Shown in pieces: positions 38,374-46,917 of a stretch of DNA of 49,114 nucleotides; the first letter of the stretch is position 1, and every line of letters begins with the position of its first letter. Source of the stretch: Candidatus Moranbacteria bacterium CG_4_9_14_3_um_filter_44_28 (GTDB lineage Bacteria; Patescibacteriota; Minisyncoccia; Moranbacterales; UBA11712); NCBI GenBank assembly GCA_002790655.1, contig PFVO01000008.1, positions 1 through 49,114 of the forward strand, read 5' to 3'. Under the pieces are notes generated by a model that ran no database searches, was not told where the DNA came from, and was given only the letters and a program-made list of their open reading frames with translations. The position numbers were made by a program, and so were the translations under genes.

Positions 38374-38820
38374 ATGGAGACTTTCAAAGACTATTTTATC
38401 CTTATTGTTCCCCTCGCCGTAGGAGGATTTACTCTTACTCTTAAGTTTGTCATCTTTTCCGTTAAACACGGGGTCAAGTGGGAATATTTGCTAACCCACG
38501 GCCACATGCCAAGTTTCCATACGGCCTTCACTATCTCGACGTTAACCTCGATCGGCTACTACGCCGGCACTGCCACTCCAATCTTTGCTCTTGCCGCCAT
38601 TTTTGCCATAGTCATTATCGATGACGCCATCAGACTTCGAGTTTACTTGGGTGATCAGGGAAGATATCTAAACAAACTGGTTGAGGAATTGCCAATTAAC
38701 AAGAAAAAATTCCCTCGCCTCAAAGAGAGAATCGGCCACCGCATGAGCGAAGTAATTGTCGGCGGAATAATAGGCTTTGGACTTACCCTAATTCTCGCAA
38801 AACTTCTCGAATCACTTTAG
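38374..38820 (+). CDS. Divergent PAP2 family (DUF212-like) protein
   Basis: GHMPSFHTA, DA..LR..G.Q, LKERIGH..EV..G. Confidence 0.85.
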   Translation: METFKDYFILIVPLAVGGFTLTLKFVIFSVKHGVKWEYLLTHGHMPSFHTAFTISTLTSIGYYAGTATPIFALAAIFAIVIIDDAIRLRVYLGDQGRYLNKLVEELPINKKKFPRLKERIGHRMSEVIVGGIIGFGLTLILAKLLESL

Positions 38821-40129
38821 GGTCGTTCCAAGGAATTCTTTTTTTGCCGATTGCCATCGTTTCTTCCGCTCCTTTTCCGGTGACAATGACAATATCTCCG
38901 CGCTTTGCAACTTGCAGAGCTTTTTTTATCGCTTCGCGGCGATCCAATATACGCCAGGCGTTCATATTTTCTTTCCGGTATTTAGAGACTCCGTCAAAAA
39001 CTTCGTCAATAATTTTCTGTGGATCCTCATTATACGGATCTTCATTTGTTACGATACAATAATCCGCATGCCGCGCCACAATCTCTCCCATAATCGGACG
39101 CTTGCCTCGATCTCTTTCCCCGCACGCCCCAAACACAGCAATAATTTTCGACTCCCCCATTTTCCTTATTTCCCCAATCTCCCCGATTAATCGATACAAT
39201 TTCTCCAGCGAATCCGGCGTCACCGCGTAATCAACAATTATTTCAAGTCCGCGATCATTTTCGATGCGTTCCATTCTCCCCGGAATTTTTTTTATCTCTT
39301 CTAGCGATTCGGAAATTTTTTCGAGCGGAATTCCCTGTGAAAGCCCCACGCAAGTCGCCGCCAGAGCATTTTCGATATTAAATTCGCCAGGCAAATGTAA
39401 AGTGAATTGAGAATTGAGAATTGTGAATTGTGAATGATCGATATTCAGCTTAATATTTTCAGCTACAACTGTTTTAAAATTTGAAATTTGAACTTGATTT
39501 GAAATTTGAAATTTGAAATTTGAAATTTTTAAGGCATAGCCGTAAATTTTCCTCGCTGGATACTTCAGAAAATCTTCCGCATTCTCCATATTGAGATTGA
39601 CTACTGCTACCCCATTTTTATTTTTCGCTATCATCGCAAACAATTTTTCTTTCGCCTTCCGGTAATTTTCCATCGTCTTATGGTAATCCATGTGCTCCCG
39701 CGTCACATTCGTGATGACCACCACATTAAAATCCACGCCCCAAACCCGATTTTGATCCAGCGAATGCGATGTCACTTCGATCACTGCATAATCACAGCCG
39801 GCTCGAACCGCCTCTCGCAAATGTTTTTGCAACCGAAAACTTGAAAGGGTCGTGAATTTTGTATCGTTTATCCATTCTTTCTCGCCAATCTTAAAATTAA
39901 TCGTCGAAGCGACCGCGATTTTGCTTGCCCTGTGGCCATCAGGCTTTACGGGGCGCCCCGCTTCTTCCAAGATCTTCGCAATCATCTGCACTGTCGTCGT
40001 TTTTCCGTTCGTCCCCGTTACTCCGATAACCTTCAATTTTCTCGACGGAAACCCATACCAAACATTCGCCAAGACGGCTTGGAAGAGATGGTAGATATTT
40101 TTGATGGATTGGGGGATAACTTTCTTCAT
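38783..40129 (-). CDS. murE: UDP-MurNAc-tripeptide synthetase (MurE-like Mur ligase)
   Basis: GVTGTNGKTTT, EVTSH, EHMDYH, PGRME, VDYA, GERDRGKR, GKGAE. Confidence 0.9.
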   Translation of the reverse strand: MKKVIPQSIKNIYHLFQAVLANVWYGFPSRKLKVIGVTGTNGKTTTVQMIAKILEEAGRPVKPDGHRASKIAVASTINFKIGEKEWINDTKFTTLSSFRLQKHLREAVRAGCDYAVIEVTSHSLDQNRVWGVDFNVVVITNVTREHMDYHKTMENYRKAKEKLFAMIAKNKNGVAVVNLNMENAEDFLKYPARKIYGYALKISNFKFQISNQVQISNFKTVVAENIKLNIDHSQFTILNSQFTLHLPGEFNIENALAATCVGLSQGIPLEKISESLEEIKKIPGRMERIENDRGLEIIVDYAVTPDSLEKLYRLIGEIGEIRKMGESKIIAVFGACGERDRGKRPIMGEIVARHADYCIVTNEDPYNEDPQKIIDEVFDGVSKYRKENMNAWRILDRREAIKKALQVAKRGDIVIVTGKGAEETMAIGKKRIPWNDPKVIREVLRELG

Positions 40130-40164
40130 TTTTCTAGTGAGCTAAGCCCGACTTAGCTCAGTCA

Positions 40165-41223
40165 TTATAAGAGTCTTTTTATTTTCTGCAATATTTTATA
40201 CAAGCTGTATTTTCCCGGATTTAAAACTATATCCCAGCACCCCGGAAACCGAATCGGCTCAACTTCCGGCGCAAAGCCGGTTTTGAATTTTGTGATTCCT
40301 TCCCGACTACTCATGTTATGTGTTGCGTGTTGCATGTTGCGTGATATTTTCACTCCTCCAAAATCATACCTCACGCATCCGGCTTTTTTTGCATCCAAGA
40401 TTTGCTGCCACTGGAGAAGATACGGTGCCATTACATCGCGGTAAGCATAATCCGACGCCCCGTGCATGTAGGTCGCTACTTTTCCGAAAAAAGAAACGAT
40501 GTTTGCGGATATAACTTTCCCCTCATATTCTGCCACGTATAATTTCAAAACGTCGTCCGAAATCATCTCAAACATTTTCCGATAATACTCATCCGGATGC
40601 GGCGTTATTTTATCGCGCCTCGCCGTAATTTTTATTAACCTCAAAAACTCACCAAAATACTTTATGCTTTCTACTTGATACTTGATACTTTTTACTTTCA
40701 CTCCTCGCTTTTCCGCCAATCTTATATTGTATCTCGTCTTCTGTTTCATCTGCGCCAAAATTTCCCCTTCGTTTCCCGAAATATCAACCACCAATATCTC
40801 CCCTGACTGAACATCAACCGGCGATTTTTTGATCTTTATTCCGCTCGGTAAATTTTCTTTAATTAATTTCAGATCCTCCTCGCTGTTCGGTTCAACCCGA
40901 ATCCATCCAATTCTATTCTTCCGAGCTAAAATAAACAAACCGTCCAAAAACTTTTTTATTTTTGATATGTATATTTGCTTTTTGCTATTTACTATTTTAT
41001 TTATTATCGGGCCGCGCGGAATATAAAAATAATCACCGACTATCGGCAATGTATGAGTGATGATGTTCGCATATGCCACTGGTTCGCCGTCGTCATCACT
41101 TGCTGAAACGTCATGCGTTTTTCTACCATAACTCTCCTGAAACTTCCACCAGTGTTCCGACTGCAAAAAACCGCCGTCAGGAGAATTGATTTGAATAAAG
41201 TTATCAGTCTGATTGTTTGCCAT
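40165..41223 (-). CDS. FemABX-family peptidoglycan peptidyltransferase
   Basis: FLQS..W, YIPRGP, KQKTRYNIRLAEKRGV, YDFGG, KFKTGF. Confidence 0.88.
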   Translation of the reverse strand: MANNQTDNFIQINSPDGGFLQSEHWWKFQESYGRKTHDVSASDDDGEPVAYANIITHTLPIVGDYFYIPRGPIINKIVNSKKQIYISKIKKFLDGLFILARKNRIGWIRVEPNSEEDLKLIKENLPSGIKIKKSPVDVQSGEILVVDISGNEGEILAQMKQKTRYNIRLAEKRGVKVKSIKYQVESIKYFGEFLRLIKITARRDKITPHPDEYYRKMFEMISDDVLKLYVAEYEGKVISANIVSFFGKVATYMHGASDYAYRDVMAPYLLQWQQILDAKKAGCVRYDFGGVKISRNMQHATHNMSSREGITKFKTGFAPEVEPIRFPGCWDIVLNPGKYSLYKILQKIKRLL

Positions 41224-41230
41224 GTATGAA

Positions 41231-41299
41231 TTGTCATCCCTGCGAAAGCAGGGATCCAGAAAATTAATTGCTAGATTCCCGCTTTCGCGGGAATGACAA
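41231..41299. repeat. REP-like doublet of opposed palindromes
   Basis: TTGTCATCCCTGCGAAAGCAGGGATCCAG ... CTAGATTCCCGCTTTCGCGGGAATGACAA. Confidence 0.88.
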
Positions 41300-41302
41300 G
41301 TA

Positions 41303-41872
41303 TTACTTCCCGAGATTCTTCAGCGCCTGTTTCACCCTATCTGATACATCTTTGATATCCTTCGGCACGACTTTCAAGGCTTCGCGGGCTTGCGACACCG
41401 TATACCCCAAAGAGGCAAGTGCTTCAATGGCTTCCGAATCGGCTATGGCCGCTCCTTGGTCTTCGCCCGGAAGCTCCGCGATTCTGTTTTTAAGCTCGAG
41501 GATGACCCGCTCGGCTGTCTTTTTGCCGACACCAGATACCCTGGTTAATATCGAGGAATCACCGGAAATCACCGCCGCTCGGATTGTTTTTGGTTCGGCA
41601 ATGGAAAGAATTCCAATACCCGCCTTCGGCCCGATTCCGGAAATGGAAATGAGAAGTTCGAACATTTCAAGCTCGTCCAAAGTCATAAAGCCGTACAAAG
41701 ATAAAGTATCCTCACGAACATAAATGTATGTGTAGAGTTCAATCTCATCTTTTCCGGCAATTTTCCCCATTGCGAAATCGGTAACAAAAATCTTGTAACC
41801 CACGCCAGCTACATCCACAACTACGTAATGATCCCTGAAAAAGGCAATTTTTCCTTTGATTTTAGCAATCAT
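41303..41872 (-). CDS. ruvA: Holliday junction branch migration protein
   Basis: GVGY, VRED..LYGF, GIGPK, GVGKKTAERVILELK, ALASLGY. Confidence 0.96.
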   Translation of the reverse strand: MIAKIKGKIAFFRDHYVVVDVAGVGYKIFVTDFAMGKIAGKDEIELYTYIYVREDTLSLYGFMTLDELEMFELLISISGIGPKAGIGILSIAEPKTIRAAVISGDSSILTRVSGVGKKTAERVILELKNRIAELPGEDQGAAIADSEAIEALASLGYTVSQAREALKVVPKDIKDVSDRVKQALKNLGK

Positions 41873-41878
41873 TGAGAT

Positions 41879-41960
41879 GCGAATTTACGCGAATTACAAA
41901 GCGAATTAATCCGAATAATAATATTCGCATACATTTGCTTAAACATTCGCGGCTATTCGC
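41879..41960. repeat. Opposed arrays of GCGAAT / ATTCGC units, period ~10-12 nt
   Basis: Four GCGAAT-like units followed by four ATTCGC-like units. Confidence 0.75.
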
Positions 41961-42031
41961 ATTCTAGCATTTGGTTGCCAAAAAACAAGCGTTGTGTTAG
42001 AAATACTAAGGTAAAAATAATCTACTCATTT

Positions 42032-42298
42032 ATGCCAATAAAGCAATCTGCCAAAAAATATCTGCGCGCCTCACGAAAACGCGCAGCGCAAAACGCGAAG
42101 ATTAAGAAAACTTTCAAGGAAGCGGTGAAAAAAATTAGCGACCTAGCAAAAGCCGGAAAAATTGAAGATGCCAAAAAAATGTTTCCTTCTGTCCAAAAAG
42201 CCCTCGACAAAGCCGCCAAAGTCGGTGTCATCACCAAAAACACCGCCGCCCGCAAAAAATCCCGGCTTGTGAAGATGATGAAGAAAGCGGGAAAATAA
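42032..42298 (+). CDS. rpsT: 30S ribosomal protein S20
   Basis: MPIKQSAKK, LDKAAKVGVITKNTAARKKSRL. Confidence 0.95.
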   Translation: MPIKQSAKKYLRASRKRAAQNAKIKKTFKEAVKKISDLAKAGKIEDAKKMFPSVQKALDKAAKVGVITKNTAARKKSRLVKMMKKAGK

Positions 42299-42312
42299 TA
42301 TCTCTTCCAAAT

Positions 42313-42349
42313 AAAAAGACCGCCCTGATTCAATGTCGGAGCGGTTTTT
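42313..42349. terminator. Terminator after rpsT
   Basis: AAAAAGACCGC...GCGGTTTTT. Confidence 0.6.
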
Positions 42350-42397
42350 GGCTTCATGGTCTTTTTCTAATCAACGAGATTAGGAATTTTCCAATTT

Positions 42398-42784
42398 TCA
42401 AATTCCCTTAACAAAAAGGCCTGAATTCGGCAACGGCCTTTTTATAATTTGGCCATTATAGGTTATTGCTATGCTCGCCACGCCACTTCCCAGAAAGCAA
42501 TAAGGGCAAATGTTATCCCTCCGGAAAGCGCGCATGAAACCAGATGGATCCTGACCGCTTCCCTTGCAAGATTCACAAAGATGAAGACTTATTTTCAATC
42601 TTTTTTTCCCAGAAATGACGACTAGTGGAATGCGTCGGTCGTGTTTGAGCTTGATAGCAATCCACCGCTTGAAAAAATTATATATTTGATTATTGGCCTC
42701 CCCGATATTTGCTTTCTTTTCTGCACGAAGAAATTTTTGAATCGCCACAAACATTTGCCGGTCAGAAACTTCTCTTGCCTCCAT
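42398..42784 (-). CDS. Hypothetical protein with DnaJ-type zinc-finger motifs
   Basis: CESCKGSG ... CPYCFLGSG; GGAGG RBS. Confidence 0.65.
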   Translation of the reverse strand: MEAREVSDRQMFVAIQKFLRAEKKANIGEANNQIYNFFKRWIAIKLKHDRRIPLVVISGKKRLKISLHLCESCKGSGQDPSGFMRAFRRDNICPYCFLGSGVASIAITYNGQIIKRPLPNSGLFVKGI

Positions 42785-42796
42785 AAGTATTCCTCC

Positions 42797-43318
42797 TTAT
42801 TTCATCCCCAGCTCTTTTTCCAGAGCGGCGATTTCAGTTTTAAGTTTCTCGATCTTATCCGGCATCTGCACAAGATATTGTTCCTTGCTTGCCAGCACTT
42901 TGAATTTTTTCAACGCTTCCTTGAGTTCACATCCGTCGTCTTGAGTATAAGATTCTTGAATCAGTTCACCGATTCGTTTGGCATATTCCGGGCATATCTT
43001 TATTACTTCTTTGGCTTCTTGCGCTTGGACTTCCGGAAGATACCATCTCCAAGTGAATTCGGAGGAAAATACATGAAAGCATACGACGAGATAGTACAGA
43101 AGAAAAAAACAACCAAAGACAATTTTCAATCGTGTTGATGATGTTCCGCCAAATTCAAGATGCAAAAGTATCCACAAACCGCATACTGTAGCCGCGAGAG
43201 CCGACAGAACAATCACCTTCAACACAAATCCCGATAGATTATTGCACCACCGCGCCAGTTTCTTTTGAAACGGATTCAGTTTTTTCATCGCCATATCTCC
43301 TTTGGATGTTTTATTCAA
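42797..43318 (-). CDS. Hypothetical membrane protein (2 TM + coiled coil); start may be ~43294
   Basis: Two hydrophobic segments; AAGGAG precedes the internal ATG. Confidence 0.65.
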   Translation of the reverse strand: MNKTSKGDMAMKKLNPFQKKLARWCNNLSGFVLKVIVLSALAATVCGLWILLHLEFGGTSSTRLKIVFGCFFLLYYLVVCFHVFSSEFTWRWYLPEVQAQEAKEVIKICPEYAKRIGELIQESYTQDDGCELKEALKKFKVLASKEQYLVQMPDKIEKLKTEIAALEKELGMK

Positions 43319-43335
43319 TTGTTAAACAACAGCCC

Positions 43336-43474
43336 TTTATAGATATTTCTCAATTTAGTGTCAAGTATTTTGTCTAATTTAAAAGAATAATTGGCTTTTA
43401 TAACAGCAGTAATGCGATTATTGATTGTAATTGTTGACAATTTTATTGACACTAAAATATAAGCGTGCTATCCT
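43336..43474. promoter_or_regulatory. Divergent sigma70 promoters sharing a mirrored 21-bp motif
   Basis: Minus: TTGACA(43364)-17-TATAAA. Plus: TTGACA(43446)-17-TGnTATCCT. Confidence 0.7.
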
Positions 43475-43476
43475 AA

Positions 43477-43557
43477 CCTCACCCTAACCCTCTCCTTATC
43501 AAGGAGAGGGAAATCGTCGCCTCCTTCTCCTTAACAAGGAGAAGGCTGGGATGAGGT
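43477..43557. repeat. Palindromic doublet in the 5' UTR of the TrmB-like gene
   Basis: CCTCACCCTAACCCTCTCCTTATCAAGGAGAGGG ... CCTTCTCCTTAACAAGGAGAAGGCTGGGATGAGG. Confidence 0.85.
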
Positions 43558-43565
43558 GAAAACTT

Positions 43566-44315
43566 ATGACCCTCGAAAAACAACTCCAACAACTCGGATT
43601 CCACGAAAAAGAGGCAAAAGTGTATCTCGCCTCTCTTCAGCTTGGGCAGGACACGGCTTATCACATTGCCCAAAAGTGCGGACTGAAAAGAGCTACGGTA
43701 TATTTCACGCTCAACCTCCTTGTCGAGCGCGGACTCGTTTCCATTTGGAAAACAAAAAAGGCGACGCTTTTTCGGGCCGCCAACCCTAAAAAGCTTTTCA
43801 CCCAGCTCAAACGAAAAGAAGAAACGCTCGCAGAAATTTTTCCCCTACTTCAATCAATTTATAACTTCGACGAAGACCGGCCGAACATCCAAGTCTTTGA
43901 AGGGCAAGAAGGCGTGCGGCAAATTTACGCGGAAATTGTTGAATATCTCGCGAGAGGAAAAGAAATTCAGTGCTGGGGAGACATCAGTCATGTTTTCGAC
44001 TACCTCGAAGATATAACCGAAAAATTATTCAGAGAAACCAAAACCAGAAAATACAAGATCCGGGAAATTCTGAACGCGAGTGAGAAAAACAAGGAATACG
44101 TGAAATCAATCCGCAAAAACAAAAATCCGAATCATAAGATCCGGTTTCTTTCGGAAGACAAAATGTTTTCCGGAAACGACAATATTGTTTTCGGAAACAA
44201 AATGGCCATCTTTTCCACCCAAAACAAGCTTTTCGCGACTGTCATAGAAAGCCAGGATATTGCCAGATCATATAAAATACTATTCAACCTCGCCTGGGAA
44301 AATGCAATTGATTAA
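43566..44315 (+). CDS. TrmB-family HTH transcriptional regulator
   Basis: LGFHEKEAKVYLASL..IA...GLKRATVY..L..L..RGLV; FEGQEGV. Confidence 0.88.
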   Translation: MTLEKQLQQLGFHEKEAKVYLASLQLGQDTAYHIAQKCGLKRATVYFTLNLLVERGLVSIWKTKKATLFRAANPKKLFTQLKRKEETLAEIFPLLQSIYNFDEDRPNIQVFEGQEGVRQIYAEIVEYLARGKEIQCWGDISHVFDYLEDITEKLFRETKTRKYKIREILNASEKNKEYVKSIRKNKNPNHKIRFLSEDKMFSGNDNIVFGNKMAIFSTQNKLFATVIESQDIARSYKILFNLAWENAID

Positions 44316-44320
44316 AAAAT

Positions 44321-44773
44321 TTATTTCTTCATTTTCAACCGATAGACATTCGTCTCCCGCAATTCAAATTTGAGTTTTTAATAAAGTTTGTTGGCAACAA
44401 CGCGGGAAGGACGGCTAGTAAGCTCTAGAAAATGAAGCCTTTGTTCTTTGGCTCGTTTAATTAAATGATTCATCATTTTTGTTCCATACCCCTTGCCCTG
44501 ATGTCTGGGATGAACAACGACATCATCAATATGCGCGCCCTTTTGCACCAAGCTTTCGAGATAATGCAAACTTCCCATACCAATGATTTTCCCCTCGATC
44601 TCTAGCAAATGCACTTCCAGTGAGGGAGATTTTTTCAATTCTTTGAGTCTTTCTTTCTCGATTTTTATTCCCTTGTCAGATAAAACTGCTAGAAGATCGT
44701 TTATATCATCGGCATGTTCGGCGGATATTTTCTTCTTATATTTTAGTTGATAAATTTTTTCTTTTTTATTCAT
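44321..44773 (-). pseudogene. GNAT acetyltransferase with in-frame TAA at 44378-44380
   Basis: IDDVVV..HQGKGYG, LTSRPSRVVANKLY*KLKFELRETNVYR. Confidence 0.8.
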
Positions 44774-44805
44774 AAAATTTATTCGGAAACCCGGCTTCTT
44801 AAATT

Positions 44806-45765
44806 TTATATCATCGCCACAAATCTATCCAGCGCCAGTTCAATATCAACTTTTCCGGTCTTCGACTGAATATCAATCTCGCAAAGTTTCTTGTATAAAT
44901 TCTTCAATTCCTCAAGGGAAAATTTTCCTGCCTGTTCCGCACTTTTTTTCGCCACAAAGGGATGAATCTTGAGTTTACTGGCAATTTCCGGCGGTGAAAT
45001 ATTTTTCTCGGTGAGTGGTTTCACCTTCAAGAGATTTCGAAACTGGAAAAAATACATCGAAAGGAGATAGAAAGGATCATCACCGGCGCTCAAATGGTCA
45101 TGAAGCAATTTCACGGCCGTTTTTTTGTCGCCCCGCGCAAGCGCGTCAACCGTCCTGAAAATATCCGTGTCAATTTTCGATTTCACCAAAAACTCAACGT
45201 CTTCGCCCGTAATTTCTCCGCTATTTTTGTAGTTTATCAACTTTTCAATTTCTTTCGAAAGCAAATCCAGATTGTTCCCAATAAAAAGAGACAATTTTTC
45301 AACCGCCCCGGCGCTAATTGAAATTTTACCGCCCCCCATTTCCCTGATCGTCCCAGTTATCCAATTTTTCAGTTTCACCCCGTCGAGCATTTCAAATTTC
45401 TGGCATTTTCCCGCCTTGAGCAAAAATTTCGCCAGCGGATTTTTTCTGTCAAGATCATCCCCTTCCCAAAAAACAAGAATGGCGCTTTCAAATTCACCTT
45501 TGCTTTTTCTCTTGAGAAATTCAAGCAGGCTCTCGCCGGCCAAATCTTTTTTCGCAAGAATATTTTTAATCACAATCAGTTGTTTTAATGAAAACAGACT
45601 ATCTGAAGAAGCGTCGAGGATAATTTTATCTAAATCGTGGTCTTTCTCCGAAAAATCAAACAGTCCCGCCACGGCGGGATTGTTTTTTTCAGCGAACTTT
45701 TGTTTTATCTCGGCAAGTTTCCGGTTTGAGCGAAACTCATCCCCGCCGTAAAGAAATATAATCAT
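44806..45765 (-). CDS. holA: DNA polymerase III delta subunit
   Basis: MIIFLYG.D, SLF, EIEKL, IHPFVAKK, KTG. Confidence 0.9.
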   Translation of the reverse strand: MIIFLYGGDEFRSNRKLAEIKQKFAEKNNPAVAGLFDFSEKDHDLDKIILDASSDSLFSLKQLIVIKNILAKKDLAGESLLEFLKRKSKGEFESAILVFWEGDDLDRKNPLAKFLLKAGKCQKFEMLDGVKLKNWITGTIREMGGGKISISAGAVEKLSLFIGNNLDLLSKEIEKLINYKNSGEITGEDVEFLVKSKIDTDIFRTVDALARGDKKTAVKLLHDHLSAGDDPFYLLSMYFFQFRNLLKVKPLTEKNISPPEIASKLKIHPFVAKKSAEQAGKFSLEELKNLYKKLCEIDIQSKTGKVDIELALDRFVAMI

Positions 45766-45787
45766 GTTGTTTGCCTAACGTTCGATG

Positions 45788-46900
45788 TTAGGGTTGCAGT
45801 ACCCACTTCAGCGCCTGCCCCGGCTCGAGAACCTCAACCCAGATTTGCCCGGGAACAAACTTCACTTCTTCACCCTTGTCATCGTACATAAAAAGTTTCG
45901 AAGCCCATTTGGACTTGTCCTTTTTCCAGCGGCCTTTCATTTCTTTTCCGTTGAAATAATAATAGGCATCGCCCTCACTCACCGAGTCAAATTGGGGATC
46001 GCCGATCTGAACATTATTATACTGACCTTCGATTTGCTCAGAAGAAGCGATTACAATTGCAATGTTTTTTGGCGCCAGTCTCTTTCCATTGTTCGCGTCA
46101 ATGTCAGCCACCTTGTTCCAGCTTCGAAGATAGGTATTGGTCGCTTTGTCATAATCATAATCTGCCGCGTACGGCCCGGCAAAACCAACCCGCAAATGCC
46201 CTCCGCTCGGCCGCTGATCCACGGGAGCTTCAGCTTGGTGAGGATAACCCGAAAATTTGTTTTCCATTCGATAGTTTCTCGCCTTGGCACATTCCAAAAG
46301 CTTGTCGAATCTGGCAAACCCATTATCCGGCGCCGGAACTCCCGCTTTTCGAAAACCACATTCGGGGGCCTTGTTTCCAAAACTGCCGTTGAGATCAAGA
46401 TTGTCAATCACTTTTTTGTTCAAAATATCTCCGGCAAAATGAGATCCTCCCCAATGGGCAAAGATCGCGTCCCACCCGGCGGCCAGCGCAATATAATCAT
46501 GACGGGAAGAGCGAATAGAGCCCACTTCGGACGGATTTCCGCAAACATAAACGGCCATAAGCCGCGTGATACTGGCAGTAATCGCCGGCATTTCAAGAAC
46601 GAGATCGGCGTCTGAAAACCCGCTGTCGGGCCGCACCGAAAGATCAGCCGCTTCCATCACCGCAATCGGCCGGCGGTTCCAGTTCGTACAGGTAAGACTC
46701 GTAAAGGGACTCACTTCTCCGGTATTCAGCGGCGCGCCCATTTCCACTTCTCCCTTCATTGAGTTGAGGTTCAGAGGATTAACCTTTTTCCTGTACCAGC
46801 CAAAATAAAATACCAGCCCCGCCATAATGACCAGAATAACAATGATAATTATCACTTTAGTTTTCTTCTCCGTAATCTGAAATCTTTCGATTAAGTTCAT
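45788..46900 (-). CDS. DUF3048-like membrane-anchored protein
   Basis: N-terminal TM; RP.SG...AD.V.E, TRLMA, GSIRSSR, PGQIWVE. Confidence 0.8.
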   Translation of the reverse strand: MNLIERFQITEKKTKVIIIIVILVIMAGLVFYFGWYRKKVNPLNLNSMKGEVEMGAPLNTGEVSPFTSLTCTNWNRRPIAVMEAADLSVRPDSGFSDADLVLEMPAITASITRLMAVYVCGNPSEVGSIRSSRHDYIALAAGWDAIFAHWGGSHFAGDILNKKVIDNLDLNGSFGNKAPECGFRKAGVPAPDNGFARFDKLLECAKARNYRMENKFSGYPHQAEAPVDQRPSGGHLRVGFAGPYAADYDYDKATNTYLRSWNKVADIDANNGKRLAPKNIAIVIASSEQIEGQYNNVQIGDPQFDSVSEGDAYYYFNGKEMKGRWKKDKSKWASKLFMYDDKGEEVKFVPGQIWVEVLEPGQALKWVLQP

Positions 46901-46917
46901 ATTTTTTATTTTAATAA

